Notes under the pieces: generated by a model
What the model was told of the DNA's origin: nothing
Database searches by the model: none
Seen by the model: only the letters and a program-made list of their open reading frames with translations
From: Nitrosopumilus sp.
Lineage (GTDB): Archaea; Thermoproteota; Nitrososphaeria; Nitrososphaerales; Nitrosopumilaceae
Assembly: GCA_965218695.1 (NCBI GenBank)
Contig: OZ244651.1
Coordinates: forward strand, 96,001 to 160,000
DNA length: 64,000 nt
Direction of reading: 5' to 3'
Made by a program: the position numbers and the translations under genes
Shown: positions 1-9,954 of the stretch, one piece after another
How positions within the stretch are numbered: position 1 is the first letter of the stretch
Layout: the number at the start of each line of letters is the position of its first letter

Positions 1-45
1 AGGAGCCTTCTTCATCAGGGGAAGATCCGGCAAGTATGCTGCCAT
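1..45 (-). CDS. Possible 5' end of a gene running off the window (MAAYLPDLPLMKKAP...)
   Basis: ATG at 45 on the minus strand, frame open to the window edge; only 15 codons visible. Confidence 0.3.
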   Translation of the reverse strand, partial: MAAYLPDLPLMKKAP

Positions 46-943
46 GGGCAGAGGATAATCACGTATCTTTTTTCCCTTTTTTTGTTACAGTCGCCTAGAC
101 TCTGCGCAATTTGACATTGGGCAAACATCGACTAGGCAGTCAGTTGCGCCGTATGGCCAGAGACTAGGCATTGCGATCCGCTTGTGTGTCCCATGTCTTG
201 CAGTACATCATGCGATCTGGATCGGCTTCTTTGCATGGTCATGGTGAGACCTGCGATCGCGGCATGACCGTAAAGATCAGAAGTAAATCCAACCTGATGC
301 CCGGCAGAATGCCAGTTCTGGGCCTCATGTGGGAGATGAACAACTTTTGGGACTACAATTAACCGTGTCAAGAGGGTGTGTCCTAGTAATAAAAAATGCC
401 ATTTCATGTGCCAAGATGCCAAAGACATGATTGGTGCCAGAACCCGTCGACGCCAACAGTGCCGCACCGTCAATCTTTCACAACCCATAAAATCCCCCAA
501 ATCCAAGACACTGTGCGGAGGCTCCGCTAGGAGGCGCGTGTCAAGACGCGCCGGTTACGCTGCAAGTGTCGCGATTTGATCCTGTGTGAGCCTGCCGTCT
601 TTTGCCAGGAATCTGGCCACGAGCTCGACGTTGTAGCGCATGACACGGATCGCAGTCTCCCTTGTCCGGTTCTCGTGTTTTCGGCACCTGGTGCTGTCCC
701 CGTACATCTTCTTGAGGGCTGCAAAGACTGCCTCGATGATGCTGCGCTGATGGTATTCCGAGTCAAACCTGTCCTTGTCATCCATGTACAGGCTTACCAT
801 TTCGCGCCACGACTGACTTCCCCTGGCGTTGCGTATGGTGTTGGATTTTGGCTTGATGCGGGGCACCATTCCCATCGCAGATATCATGTTGCACATGAGC
901 CTTGCCAGGTATGCAGAATCCAGGCAAAAGTCACCGGTGCCTA

Positions 944-2043
944 TACTGACGATCAAAAGTTTGTGCACAATGCTTCATATTTTCGGCTGGTAAATTTGAG
1001 AATGTCAAGCTTGAACCTAATGGTTCGATAATACAACGAGACTGCCCGGTGCATGTCCTGAAATGTCCGGTAATATTCTGAGACAAGCAGGACGCGCTTT
1101 CCCTGGTGCCAGCATTCCTCCATCGCGTTGAGGTACGGCGATCCCTTTGGCAAATAGATCATCTTGACGTCTCTGTTGCTGCGCAGAAATTCCTTTACCC
1201 GTTTTGAGCGGTGCTGCGGAGCCCTGTCTGTAGTCACCACCACTTTTCCAAAATGCCTGTGCAGATCCTTGAGATACCTGACAAACGTGGGCCCGTCAAA
1301 TTTCTCGTACGTCCGGAAAAACTGCCTGCCGTCCCGGGCAATCGAACCGTAAGCTGCGATCCTCTTGTGGCTGCCGGTGTACGGCACGCTTATGGAATGG
1401 CCCACGGGAGACCAGTATTTGCGACCGACCATCACGTCGTGTATGAAAATTGCCTCATCCTCCATTACCGTGGTGAATCCCTCATTTTCCAGGCGTGAAA
1501 CGCGCTTGTTGAAGCGGTATTTCCAGTTCTGCACGGCTTTTTTGCCTGCCCTGTTAACGTGGATCTTTCGCGGTGCCTTTGGGGACAGACCGTGCAGGTG
1601 CATGATCTTCCTGACGTACGTGATGTGAAGTTTTACGCCCGCGTCCTTGCGTATGTTCTGCTGCAGCTCCGAGGGCGTGATTCTATGGTAGGCCGTCTTT
1701 TCAATTATTCCGTCAATGACATCTCGCGGAATTTTTCTGGGTCGTCCGCATCGGGGAAGATCACGGAGGCCTTGCAGGCCTCCGTCGTCGAAGCGGCGCA
1801 ACCAGTTACGGACCCAGTTTGGGCTACGTCCTTGGATGTCGGCAGTCTCCTCCACGGACATGTTGCGCACGCGAACCATGCGCACCGAGACCATCCGGAT
1901 TCTGACCTTGTAATCTTTTTCTTTTCTGTACGCCTTTTCGAGTTCTTCCAGTTTGGTGTCGTCCATGTATCCCTGAAATGGGCCTGATCTAGAAACTTTG
2001 CGGTTGGCTAGGGCATTTGTTCAAAGACTTTTGCGCGTCAGTA
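944..2043 (-). mobile_element. IS630-family element
   Basis: IRs TACTGACGATCAAAAGT / ACTTTTGCGCGTCAGTA, flanked by a TA duplication (942-943, 2044-2045). Confidence 0.93.
953..1966 (-). CDS. IS630-family transposase
   Basis: HTH with GRPRK motif, then DE, DRAPQH and SPYLNAMEECW DDE motifs. Confidence 0.93.
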   Translation of the reverse strand: MDDTKLEELEKAYRKEKDYKVRIRMVSVRMVRVRNMSVEETADIQGRSPNWVRNWLRRFDDGGLQGLRDLPRCGRPRKIPRDVIDGIIEKTAYHRITPSELQQNIRKDAGVKLHITYVRKIMHLHGLSPKAPRKIHVNRAGKKAVQNWKYRFNKRVSRLENEGFTTVMEDEAIFIHDVMVGRKYWSPVGHSISVPYTGSHKRIAAYGSIARDGRQFFRTYEKFDGPTFVRYLKDLHRHFGKVVVTTDRAPQHRSKRVKEFLRSNRDVKMIYLPKGSPYLNAMEECWHQGKRVLLVSEYYRTFQDMHRAVSLYYRTIRFKLDILKFTSRKYEALCTNF

Positions 2044-2696
2044 TAGGCCGAGCCTGCCGAGCATCGCGTACAATCCGTTTATGTCTGCCACCGCGCTGTC
2101 AGTCACCATGCAGTCGATTATCACCCTGGTGCGTATGTCCACGATTGCGTGCAGCTTGACCCATCCCTTTCTGGTACGAAAACTGTCGGTCCTGACGTTA
2201 AACCACCTGACAAACCGCAGGTACGAGTACCCGGTACTGTCTGCTGCCAAGGAGCCTGTCCCCACATCCATGATGGCAATCCGGTGTGCCTCTGCCAGGT
2301 ACCATTCCGGGATCAGGCCGTAGGCGCGTGCTATCGTGCTCTTGGAGGGAATTCTGTCCAGGCCCATCCTGGCTGCCATGACGCCGTTACTTCGGAGAAT
2401 GCCGACCATCTTGCGGTAGGTCGTGCGCTGTGCCTCAAGCATGATGCAGACAGCTGCCATGGCGCCAGGCGGGTATGCCGTCATGCCGCCCAAGCCGGGC
2501 CAGACGGCGTACGGATCCCCAAGCTCTTTGATTATCCCCAGCACGGTATTCAACATGAGGCCCGGCATGTACTGCTGAACCAGATCGTACTGTCGTTGGT
2601 CGCGTTTCTTTGTAGTCATTAGGCGATGCCGTGATCTGCCGATCCATATCTTTTGTCATCCTAGAGTATATCTCTTTAGGACACACCCGTGTCAAG

Positions 2697-3830
2697 TACG
2701 TTGTACAAAAAGTAGTTCCTCCCCTAGCCAATGGAGCCGGCGTGTTTGGAAGCAAGATCAGCCTGGTGTTGAGTGGAAGCAAGGGTGTGTGGGCAAGAAC
2801 GATGTACTCCAATCGGTGGCGGCATATGGGAACCCGGAGAGTACGCATCATGAAAAAGCTGGACGAATCGAAGGTAAGGTGGATACTTTCGGAGAAGGAC
2901 AAGGGATCCACCAATTCATGCATCTCCAAGGCCATGGGTGTGTCGCCGCGGTGGATAAGGAGGCTGTATTCCAGGTACAAGGGACAGGAACGCAGCAGCG
3001 TGGCATATCCGATGCACATGGGCAGGCCCGCATGCGGCCTTCCCGGCCGGAAGGAACACTCCGCGGTACTGTGCGCCAAGGGCAATGACCATGTTGGGGC
3101 CGTACGCCTGCACGGGCGCATAAGGGACGTCACCGGAATAAATATTCCATACAACCGCATACACATGGTATTGCGTGACGAGGATCTGGCTGCCAGACAG
3201 CCCAACAAGAGCAAGCGCCGCAAGTGGATCCGCTTTGAGCGCACCTACTCCAACTCGATGTGGCACACCGACTACAAGCTGCTTGACGACGGCAGGTGGT
3301 TCCTGTGTTACGAGGACGACGCCTCGCGGTTCGTGACTGCGTACGGCACGTTTGAGCGCGCAACGGCAGAAAACGCCCTGTCGGTATTGGACGAGGCGAT
3401 AAGAAACCACGGCAAGCCTGCATCCATAATGACTGACCGCGGATCCCAGTTCTACGCCACCGCATCAGAGGCAAAGAAAAAGGGTGCATCCGAGTTCGAA
3501 AAGAGGCTGGCAGAGCTTGGCATCAAGCAGATTCTGGCAGGCGTGAGGCACCCGCAGACCAACGGCAAGCTGGAGAGGCTGCACGGGGAGATCCAGCGGA
3601 AGCTGCCCGAATTTGAGGCGATAATGATGCGCAAGAGCGACCCGGTGGACCTCTTCATGCAGTGGTACAATTACGACAGACCGCACATGTCACTTGGCCT
3701 AGACGGGGAGGAGACGCCAGCCCAGGCGTTTGTGCGCAAGATGCCACCCAAAGGAGAGATAGTAATAGACGAGCAGACAGGGGAGGAGTATCATGTGGAG
3801 TAAGGGAGGAACTACTTTTCGTATTCCACA
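2697..3830 (+). mobile_element. IS481-family element
   Basis: Imperfect IRs sharing AAAAGTAGTTCCTCCC, right end ...ACA; 15-bp duplication CACACCCGTGTCAAG (2682-2696; right copy starts 3831 and is split by ISH3). Confidence 0.85.
2850..3803 (+). CDS. IS481-family (rve integrase core) transposase
   Basis: WHTD, DDASR, TDRGSQF, HPQTNGKLER and YNYDRPH motifs; start approximate because the track ORF begins outside the element. Confidence 0.9.
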   Translation: MKKLDESKVRWILSEKDKGSTNSCISKAMGVSPRWIRRLYSRYKGQERSSVAYPMHMGRPACGLPGRKEHSAVLCAKGNDHVGAVRLHGRIRDVTGINIPYNRIHMVLRDEDLAARQPNKSKRRKWIRFERTYSNSMWHTDYKLLDDGRWFLCYEDDASRFVTAYGTFERATAENALSVLDEAIRNHGKPASIMTDRGSQFYATASEAKKKGASEFEKRLAELGIKQILAGVRHPQTNGKLERLHGEIQRKLPEFEAIMMRKSDPVDLFMQWYNYDRPHMSLGLDGEETPAQAFVRKMPPKGEIVIDEQTGEEYHVE

Positions 3831-4225
3831 CACACCCGTGTCACAGTTAACGCAGAAGTAGCAACAATTTAGTGCATGATTGGATAGAATGCCTATTCCA
3901 ATACCCATGTTGAAAGCCTCAAACATGCCAATGTCTTGTCCTGCCTGCATGATCTAGATGCATGGCGTGGGCATGGCGGTACCGGGTGTCGGTGGCAGTG
4001 CCCATGCAGTTAACACAGAAGTAAAAGATCCAGCCTGACAGGCAGGACACGCCCGCGCCGTCCCGTGCGTATCTGCAATGAGCCTGCAGGCGTTGCCAAA
4101 AATAGTTGCCAGCAGGTGCAAATCGCATGCCATTGCAGCTTAAAAGAATGGAGTGAGAGTACCCGTCAATGCACTACCAGAAACGGGCTCACACCCATAT
4201 CGGCTTCACGGAATTGGAATTTAAG

Positions 4226-5989
4226 GTAATAGTTTCGCTTTTTGAAGTGGGCTGCTTGGCAGCGGAGCGGGTGCAGCCTTCCCCTTACCGTGGACTCTTT
4301 TTCCCCGTGACGCACTGCACGTGCCGTCGGACGGCGCCTCATCCGTCCCCGGAAGACGAGCGGACCAGGTGATCAAAGAAGCTGTCCTTGTTGATCCTGT
4401 CAGTTGCCAGCAGCGTGAACAGGATCGAGTTGGCATCCATGCCCTTCCTGGAGCGGTTCCCGCCCCCGTCGCTCCTTACGGCCACGAACCTCCGGTTGGC
4501 CCTCTCGACTGCGTTGTTGTCAGGCTCGATGCCGTCCACGTGCAGGCAGGTGGTCATGAAATATCCCTCCCGCGGGTACCTCTTCTTGTGCCGGGCGATG
4601 GTGCCGTCCCCGTCGCCTGCAAACGGTTCGTTCATCAGCTCGCGCAGCTCCGCGTCTATGCAGCGGGCAGCGACGATCCTTGGGTGCCGGTCCTTGATCC
4701 TGGAGGCGCGGTAAATCTTCATGTGGATTGCCGACAGCCTGTCCAGAAACGCCGGAACGTCACCCCCGGGGTTGGTCAGGACGTCCTTTTGCACCAGGCG
4801 TTCCTGGTGCCACACGCACATCTGGCGGCACGATCCCACGTGGAGCCACCCGGGATACGAGTCCTGCGTTATGGTTCCCCGGTAGCCCGGGAGCGTCTGG
4901 CGGAGCGTCTTGATGTCCCGCGAGTCGGCCACCTCCACGAGGCAGTGATTTTTTGCCAGAGCCACTATCCCGTAGCCGCGCTTGCCGCCCAGCGGCCAGT
5001 GAAACTCGTCTACGTTCAGGTGTGGCGCCTCCAGCACGCGCTCCCTTACCGAATCGCGTTCCGGCGCCATGCGCCCGGCCTGCCTGATCTTGCCGCGGTA
5101 GGCAGACGAGCGCGAGGTTACGTGCCCCAACGCGTCGCCGCCAAATTCTGCGGTCCTGGCATGCGACATGCCATTCATGTTCAGGGACGTCATGACCGCG
5201 TCAAAGTTTGATGAACGGCGCGCGTGTTTTGCCGCGCCGGGAACCCTCCCGGAGACCTGTCTTTTGCACACGCGGCACCAGCGCCGCTTGATGACGTACC
5301 TGACGTTCTCCAACAGGACGCGCATGACAGTCACGATGCGATCGTACTCGGCAGTCACCCTCCCAGAGAGCCCGCCGCCGCAGTCGGGGCACTCCTTGCA
5401 GTCGATCTCCTCGACGCGGTCCACGCGCTTTGGCCTGCAGTTGACGGTGGGTTTCTGCCCCTTGGGCCTGCCGGCGGCCTTCTTTCCCTGACCGGCCTTC
5501 TTCTTGGGCGCGGGGACGCTGATCCCGTTTGCCTTGGCGTTGAGATCCCTGTTTGTCTTGGCGTACCTCTTGTTGTCCTCTGTGAGGGACGAGACGAGCG
5601 CCTGCAGGCGCCCGGCCTCCTTCCAGTCTGCGCCCGACTCGCCTGCAATTTCGCAGGCTGCCTCCAGGATCTTGCGGGTTGGGCCTAGCACGTCGCCGAA
5701 CATTTTTGCCCAGTGCAGGCAGCACCTGCACCCTGGTTCCATGCACGCCCCGGCATCCAGCGGGATTTGCGGCAAGGAGTGTTCGTGCATTGCCTTAAAT
5801 TCCTCCGCCTCCAAGCATGTTCGGCGTGCTGGTTCCTTCATTTCCAAAGATCGAAGGGACTGGCACCCACTCGTACTTGGATCGCGATGGTCTAACTTTG
5901 TCATCCCGAGTACGAAATTATTAGATTCATTCCCGGTACCATGGATGTCCGCTAGGCCATCCGGTTACTTCAAAAAGCGAAACAATTAC
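4226..5989 (-). mobile_element. IS66-family single-ORF element
   Basis: IRs GTAATAGTTTCGCTTTTTGAAGT / ACTTCAAAAAGCGAAACAATTAC; 8-bp TSD AATTTAAG (4218-4225, 5990-5997). Confidence 0.92.
4339..5904 (-). CDS. IS66-family transposase
   Basis: Coiled coil, CPDC..CRVC zinc finger, VDE, QMCVWH and PDNNAVERANR motifs. Confidence 0.9.
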   Translation of the reverse strand: MTKLDHRDPSTSGCQSLRSLEMKEPARRTCLEAEEFKAMHEHSLPQIPLDAGACMEPGCRCCLHWAKMFGDVLGPTRKILEAACEIAGESGADWKEAGRLQALVSSLTEDNKRYAKTNRDLNAKANGISVPAPKKKAGQGKKAAGRPKGQKPTVNCRPKRVDRVEEIDCKECPDCGGGLSGRVTAEYDRIVTVMRVLLENVRYVIKRRWCRVCKRQVSGRVPGAAKHARRSSNFDAVMTSLNMNGMSHARTAEFGGDALGHVTSRSSAYRGKIRQAGRMAPERDSVRERVLEAPHLNVDEFHWPLGGKRGYGIVALAKNHCLVEVADSRDIKTLRQTLPGYRGTITQDSYPGWLHVGSCRQMCVWHQERLVQKDVLTNPGGDVPAFLDRLSAIHMKIYRASRIKDRHPRIVAARCIDAELRELMNEPFAGDGDGTIARHKKRYPREGYFMTTCLHVDGIEPDNNAVERANRRFVAVRSDGGGNRSRKGMDANSILFTLLATDRINKDSFFDHLVRSSSGDG

Positions 5990-5999
5990 AATTTAAGGC

Positions 6000-7328
6000 T
6001 TGCCGGGTTGCCTGAAACGGGACCCGGTCAGACAGGATGCGCCTGGAGGTGCAGACGCGCCCCGCCTGCCAGGCCGCATGCAGCGTTCCCTGAAAAACAA
6101 TCCGGACATGGGCGGACACGTCATGGACGAGATATCCGGGGTGTTTGATCCGGGCCTTCCATCCCCCAAAAGGAACAACGCCACGTACGGACCTGCAGAT
6201 TTTCACAGAATCCTGATTGCAGCTGCCGTGCTTGGCGTCTCGGTATTCGGATGCGCGTCGGCCCTGCGCAACGCCGCGGCCCTGCTGCACGGGCTTGGGA
6301 AATCACACCGCCGCGCAGCCAGCGGCGAGTGGATCCGCGACATGATCTCCAGGATCGAGAGGGACAGGCTGATGGGGGCGTTTAACAAAAAGGTAGGATC
6401 TCAACTGGACAGGCTGCAGGAGCTGGGCATGCTTGCAGGCAGGAAGATGGACGTTGCCATAGACATGCACCTGATACCGCGCTGGGACCGCAAGCACGGG
6501 GCCGAGGTGGTGCGCTCAAAGAGCAAGGGCAAGACCGGCCTTTTTGAGCTGTACATCACGGCGCAGTGCGTCAACGGGGGAATGCACATCGCGTTGGGGG
6601 TGCTTCACATGCCAGCCCTCGAGGACGCCTCTGATTTTGTGCGCCGGATAATCCGGACATGCATGGACAACAGGATCAAGATCGGGATCGCCATGCTTGA
6701 CCGGGAATTCTTTTCCACCGACGTCATCAGGGCGCTCAATGAGATGGGCGTGGACTACCTGATGCCGTGCGTCAACACGCCCAACGTGGTCCGGGCCATC
6801 GCGCAGTTTGACCGCGGGGAGCGCATGACAGTGTCCAGGTTCCGCATAGCAAAGACCAAGAAGGATTACGAGGAATACACCATGATAATAACAAATCGCA
6901 AAAGAAAGGGCAGGAAATCGGACAGCAAAAAGCCCGAGGAGAGATACATCGCGTTTGCCACAAGCGTGCCCGGAATCAACATCGACCTGTACTCCAAGAG
7001 ATGGGTAATAGAAACGGGATACAGGATGATAGAGAACCAAAGGGCAAGGACGCGCAGCAGCAACAGCACCGCCAGGCTGTTCTGCTTTCTCTACTCTGTG
7101 ATCCTGTTCAACGTATGGATCCTTGCAAACGCCGGGCTGACGCGCAATCCGGGCGGCGTCTACGCCAAGGTGAGGCAGACTGACATGAAGCTGATTCTCC
7201 TGCTGATGGTCGTTCCATGGTATCTTGCCAAGCGCAAGCCGCCGGACAGGCACTGCCCCTGCTGCTGCTGCCGTACGGACGGATGCACGGCAGGCCGCAT
7301 CCAAAACACCGGCCGGCCCCTGCAGTAG
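6000..7328 (+). CDS. ISH3-family transposase
   Basis: AIDMH, LDREFF and YSKRWVIETGYR motifs; true start probably 6078 or 6108. Confidence 0.88.
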   Translation: MPGCLKRDPVRQDAPGGADAPRLPGRMQRSLKNNPDMGGHVMDEISGVFDPGLPSPKRNNATYGPADFHRILIAAAVLGVSVFGCASALRNAAALLHGLGKSHRRAASGEWIRDMISRIERDRLMGAFNKKVGSQLDRLQELGMLAGRKMDVAIDMHLIPRWDRKHGAEVVRSKSKGKTGLFELYITAQCVNGGMHIALGVLHMPALEDASDFVRRIIRTCMDNRIKIGIAMLDREFFSTDVIRALNEMGVDYLMPCVNTPNVVRAIAQFDRGERMTVSRFRIAKTKKDYEEYTMIITNRKRKGRKSDSKKPEERYIAFATSVPGINIDLYSKRWVIETGYRMIENQRARTRSSNSTARLFCFLYSVILFNVWILANAGLTRNPGGVYAKVRQTDMKLILLLMVVPWYLAKRKPPDRHCPCCCCRTDGCTAGRIQNTGRPLQ

Positions 7329-7631
7329 GCCATGCCTTGCCGCCTGCCGCGGGGATTGGCAGGGACGCTGCGCTGCCATGCCTGAAGATCTTGAATGGCA
7401 CTGTTCTGCCACGGGACATCCGCCTTTTTGCATCATGCGGTGCCTGTCGTATGTATCAGGCACCGTCATGCCCGTGCCGGCAATCCGGGCCATGCGGGAT
7501 TTGTCTTGTTTGGGCTTCCAACATGGATATTAGAATATGTATTCGATCCAATTATGTATTAATTTGCTATTACTTCTGCGCTAACTGTGTCAAGAGAAAT
7601 GTATATATCTCACAAATAGAGCTAAAAATAC

Positions 7632-7901
7632 ATGACTCCTATCATAGGTACCTTCCTAAGCATGCTGTCTTCATTGACAGGACAGCTGGGACCAAACTAT
7701 GATCCATTGTTCTACGATGTAATGATTTACATCTTCGGAACCATGATGTTCACAATATTCCTTCTTGGAATCATATCATTCTGGTTGCGTGTACACGGCT
7801 GGGCCTACAAGGACAACCGAGAAAGATGGGTCGACGAGCTGGACAGACACTTCGAACGAGAAGGCATTGGTCTTATTCCAGACAACGGTAAATACTGGTA
7901 G
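7632..7901 (+). CDS. Small membrane protein; candidate accessory AMO subunit (AmoY/AmoZ type)
   Basis: One clear TM helix; TATA (GTATATAT 7601) upstream, T-rich terminator downstream; amo-like codon usage; three genes from amoB. Subunit identity inferred from synteny only. Confidence 0.6.
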   Translation: MTPIIGTFLSMLSSLTGQLGPNYDPLFYDVMIYIFGTMMFTIFLLGIISFWLRVHGWAYKDNRERWVDELDRHFEREGIGLIPDNGKYW

Positions 7902-8105
7902 AATCATTTTTCCCTTTTCATTATTTTAGAATCACTTGTACTGTGTGGTCTCAATATGTGACGCGCTGATCTGGCCGATCTACACCATCTGTCAGTCTGA
8001 ATCCGTGTCAGCCATGGCCGTGCAGTGAGATGTGCTCAAAATATGGTCCCTGCGTTAGTACGTGCGCAGAACCTGTAAAGCACCTACTGCCAGGCACCCA
8101 TCCTG

Positions 8106-8720
8106 TTAGCTCTCAGGCGGAAGGAAGTCTGTGCCCTCTGATGACTCGTATGCCTTTGAGGTAAATTCTACACGGTAGTGTTTTCCGTCCTGCAATGGGT
8201 GGTTGATAAAACTAGGTGACAGTGTGCCGTCTACATATATTGTAGACTTTTCCTGATTCATGTCTCTCAGTGGAAACTCCCACATCCACAAAAAGTGGCC
8301 TATCTCATACGGATACTCCTCTTCCCATTCTGCATAGATCGTCCCATCCCCTGTCAGCGTGTACATGCTTCTTTGACAGCCATCATTGATTCCAACGTTG
8401 GCCGGAATGTCTACCTTCTTGCCGTCAAGGATCAGTTCCAGCGTAGCCCTGATCTTGTATGGCGTGTTCTTGTCATCAATGCATGCCTTGAGCGGGTCAT
8501 TTGGATTGACCACATACTGGAAGGCAGAACTTGTAGCAGCCGCAGAGATACCTATGATTGCAGTGATTATCAGAAATTTGATTGTCCTCTTTCTCTTGTA
8601 GGGGTCACTGGTTCCTGGCCAAATCAACATCACTGTTCCCCTTGAATCCTTTAAAGTTCTTTTCCTCACCGTGTGTGGGGTCCTGTCAGACCCACGGTAT
8701 TTCTGGCGCATCTTACGCAA
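8106..8720 (-). CDS. Conserved membrane-anchored hypothetical protein
   Basis: N-terminal TM segment then a soluble domain (IPANVGI..C motif); real start likely near 8630 (MLIWP). Confidence 0.75.
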   Translation of the reverse strand: MRKMRQKYRGSDRTPHTVRKRTLKDSRGTVMLIWPGTSDPYKRKRTIKFLIITAIIGISAAATSSAFQYVVNPNDPLKACIDDKNTPYKIRATLELILDGKKVDIPANVGINDGCQRSMYTLTGDGTIYAEWEEEYPYEIGHFLWMWEFPLRDMNQEKSTIYVDGTLSPSFINHPLQDGKHYRVEFTSKAYESSEGTDFLPPES

Positions 8721-8753
8721 ACAGGTCTGGATTCGGGCATGCCTGCATGATTC

Positions 8754-9068
8754 TCATCCGTACATGATCTCAATCGTGTCCAGCCTGTCCTGATGGTCTG
8801 CAAGAAAGTATGTAATTACATCCGAGTCGATTTCAAGCCACTCCGATCTTCCCCTGTATGGAATATAGTCTTCCACATACAGATCCTTGGGTCCTGTCAG
8901 TCTGACTATCATGCTACCCCCGGTGGCTTCTATCTCAAATGGCAGTTTGAGCACCTTACCTCTTCTCTGATTCTGAATGTTTACCTTGAACCTGTTAGAA
9001 CGGAATGTTACATCCCCAAAGAAGTAGCTCTGGAATATGTCAAGCCTGTCTATCCTGAAGCTTAGCAT
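8754..9068 (-). CDS. Hypothetical protein downstream of amoB
   Basis: 104-aa ORF with ATG start, co-oriented with amoB. Confidence 0.75.
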   Translation of the reverse strand: MLSFRIDRLDIFQSYFFGDVTFRSNRFKVNIQNQRRGKVLKLPFEIEATGGSMIVRLTGPKDLYVEDYIPYRGRSEWLEIDSDVITYFLADHQDRLDTIEIMYG

Positions 9069-9132
9069 GCCATTTAATGAAAGATAAAACTCGGTTTAAG
9101 GCTATTGGAAAATGAAAAGGAAAAGGGTGATT

Positions 9133-9702
9133 TTAGATTACTTGCCAGGGTCGTGTCGCAAACGTAATGACATATCCAACACCGATTATGATTGATTGGT
9201 ATGCGATGTTGGTATATGGAATTGGTTTGATGATTGGTTCTCCTTCAACAACTACTGTCTGACCTGGACCAAGTCCGGGACCGACGCTTGCTACGTTGAG
9301 CTGGGTGTGTACGTGATATACCCCTGCCTCTAGTGCCTTTGCAGAAAGGGAGTAGTTGATTTCACCGTTGCCTTCAATATCAAAGACGTTTCCGGGTGGA
9401 TCTCTTGATAGCATCTCCCATCTGTTTCCTGCGTTAGTAGACTCTGAGAATATTGATATCCATCCTCTGAGATCTCTCTCCACTAGGCTGACCAGCTTTC
9501 CCTCAAGTACCAAGGTTTCACCAGTCTGCAGGGATTGTCTGTTGAAGGTCTCGTCTTCGATTCTAATGAAGCGACTCTGGAGTTGTGCCTGGACACCGTG
9601 TGCCTCTGCAGGTGGGAGTATGACTTCAACCCAGTTGAAGCCCAACGTTCCAAGTGCGAGTACCACAGCAAGTCCAAATGCGAACATTCTTTTTTCGACC
9701 AT
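9133..9702 (-). CDS. amoB: Archaeal ammonia monooxygenase subunit B
   Basis: Signal peptide then AHGVQAQLQSRF, YHVHTQLNV and C-terminal FATRPWQVI. Confidence 0.98.
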   Translation of the reverse strand: MVEKRMFAFGLAVVLALGTLGFNWVEVILPPAEAHGVQAQLQSRFIRIEDETFNRQSLQTGETLVLEGKLVSLVERDLRGWISIFSESTNAGNRWEMLSRDPPGNVFDIEGNGEINYSLSAKALEAGVYHVHTQLNVASVGPGLGPGQTVVVEGEPIIKPIPYTNIAYQSIIIGVGYVITFATRPWQVI

Positions 9703-9954
9703 AGTTATCCCTAATAATCAGAAAATCACATACGTCGTTATATGTTTTACTTTCATCCGGAGCAATTGCCTTATTGGTTGTTTATCATCAATGATTAACA
9801 ATGAAAGTCAGCAAAATGTAATAAAATTTTTTTAGAAAATGACATGTTATATCGAATTATTTACATTAAAATCTAAAATAATTATTAAAAAATTAATCAA
9901 AATTTCTGTCAAAGGAGAGTCTTACTTTATATGTAGATCTTACCGAATAGATCT
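9703..9954. promoter_or_regulatory. AT-rich divergent amoB/amoC promoter region
   Basis: TTTATAT at 9926-9932, 23 bp before the amoC ATG (leaderless spacing); TATA-like element near 9740 for amoB. Confidence 0.75.

Larger units (their letters stand above)
555..2619 (-). pseudogene. IS5-family DDE transposase split by an IS630 insertion (2619-2044 plus 943-555)
   Basis: ORFs 2038..2619 and 555..968 match the N- and C-terminal parts of the intact 320-aa ORF 20186..21148. Confidence 0.92.
374..2688 (-). mobile_element. IS5-family element (copy 1), interrupted by an IS630
   Basis: Terminal IRs GGGTGTGTCCTA (374) and TAGGACACACCC (2688); 9-bp target GTGTCAAGA at 365-373; near-identical to the intact copy at 20005-21217. 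Confidence 0.9.
3844..7587 (+). mobile_element. ISH3-family element containing a nested IS66
   Basis: IRs CAGTTAACGCAGAAGTA / TACTTCTGCGCTAACTG; 5-bp TSD TGTCA (3839-3843, 7588-7592). Confidence 0.88.

Noticed and set aside
93-168. Inverted repeat GCCTAGACTCTG/CAGAGACTAGGC as a MITE or ncRNA
   Set aside because: Single 11/12 match, no TSD and no second copy seen in the window
4321-5746. Long antisense or overlapping ORFs inside transposases (also 18426..19764 and 36924..38105)
   Set aside because: Shadow ORFs expected from GC-rich codon bias; no motifs
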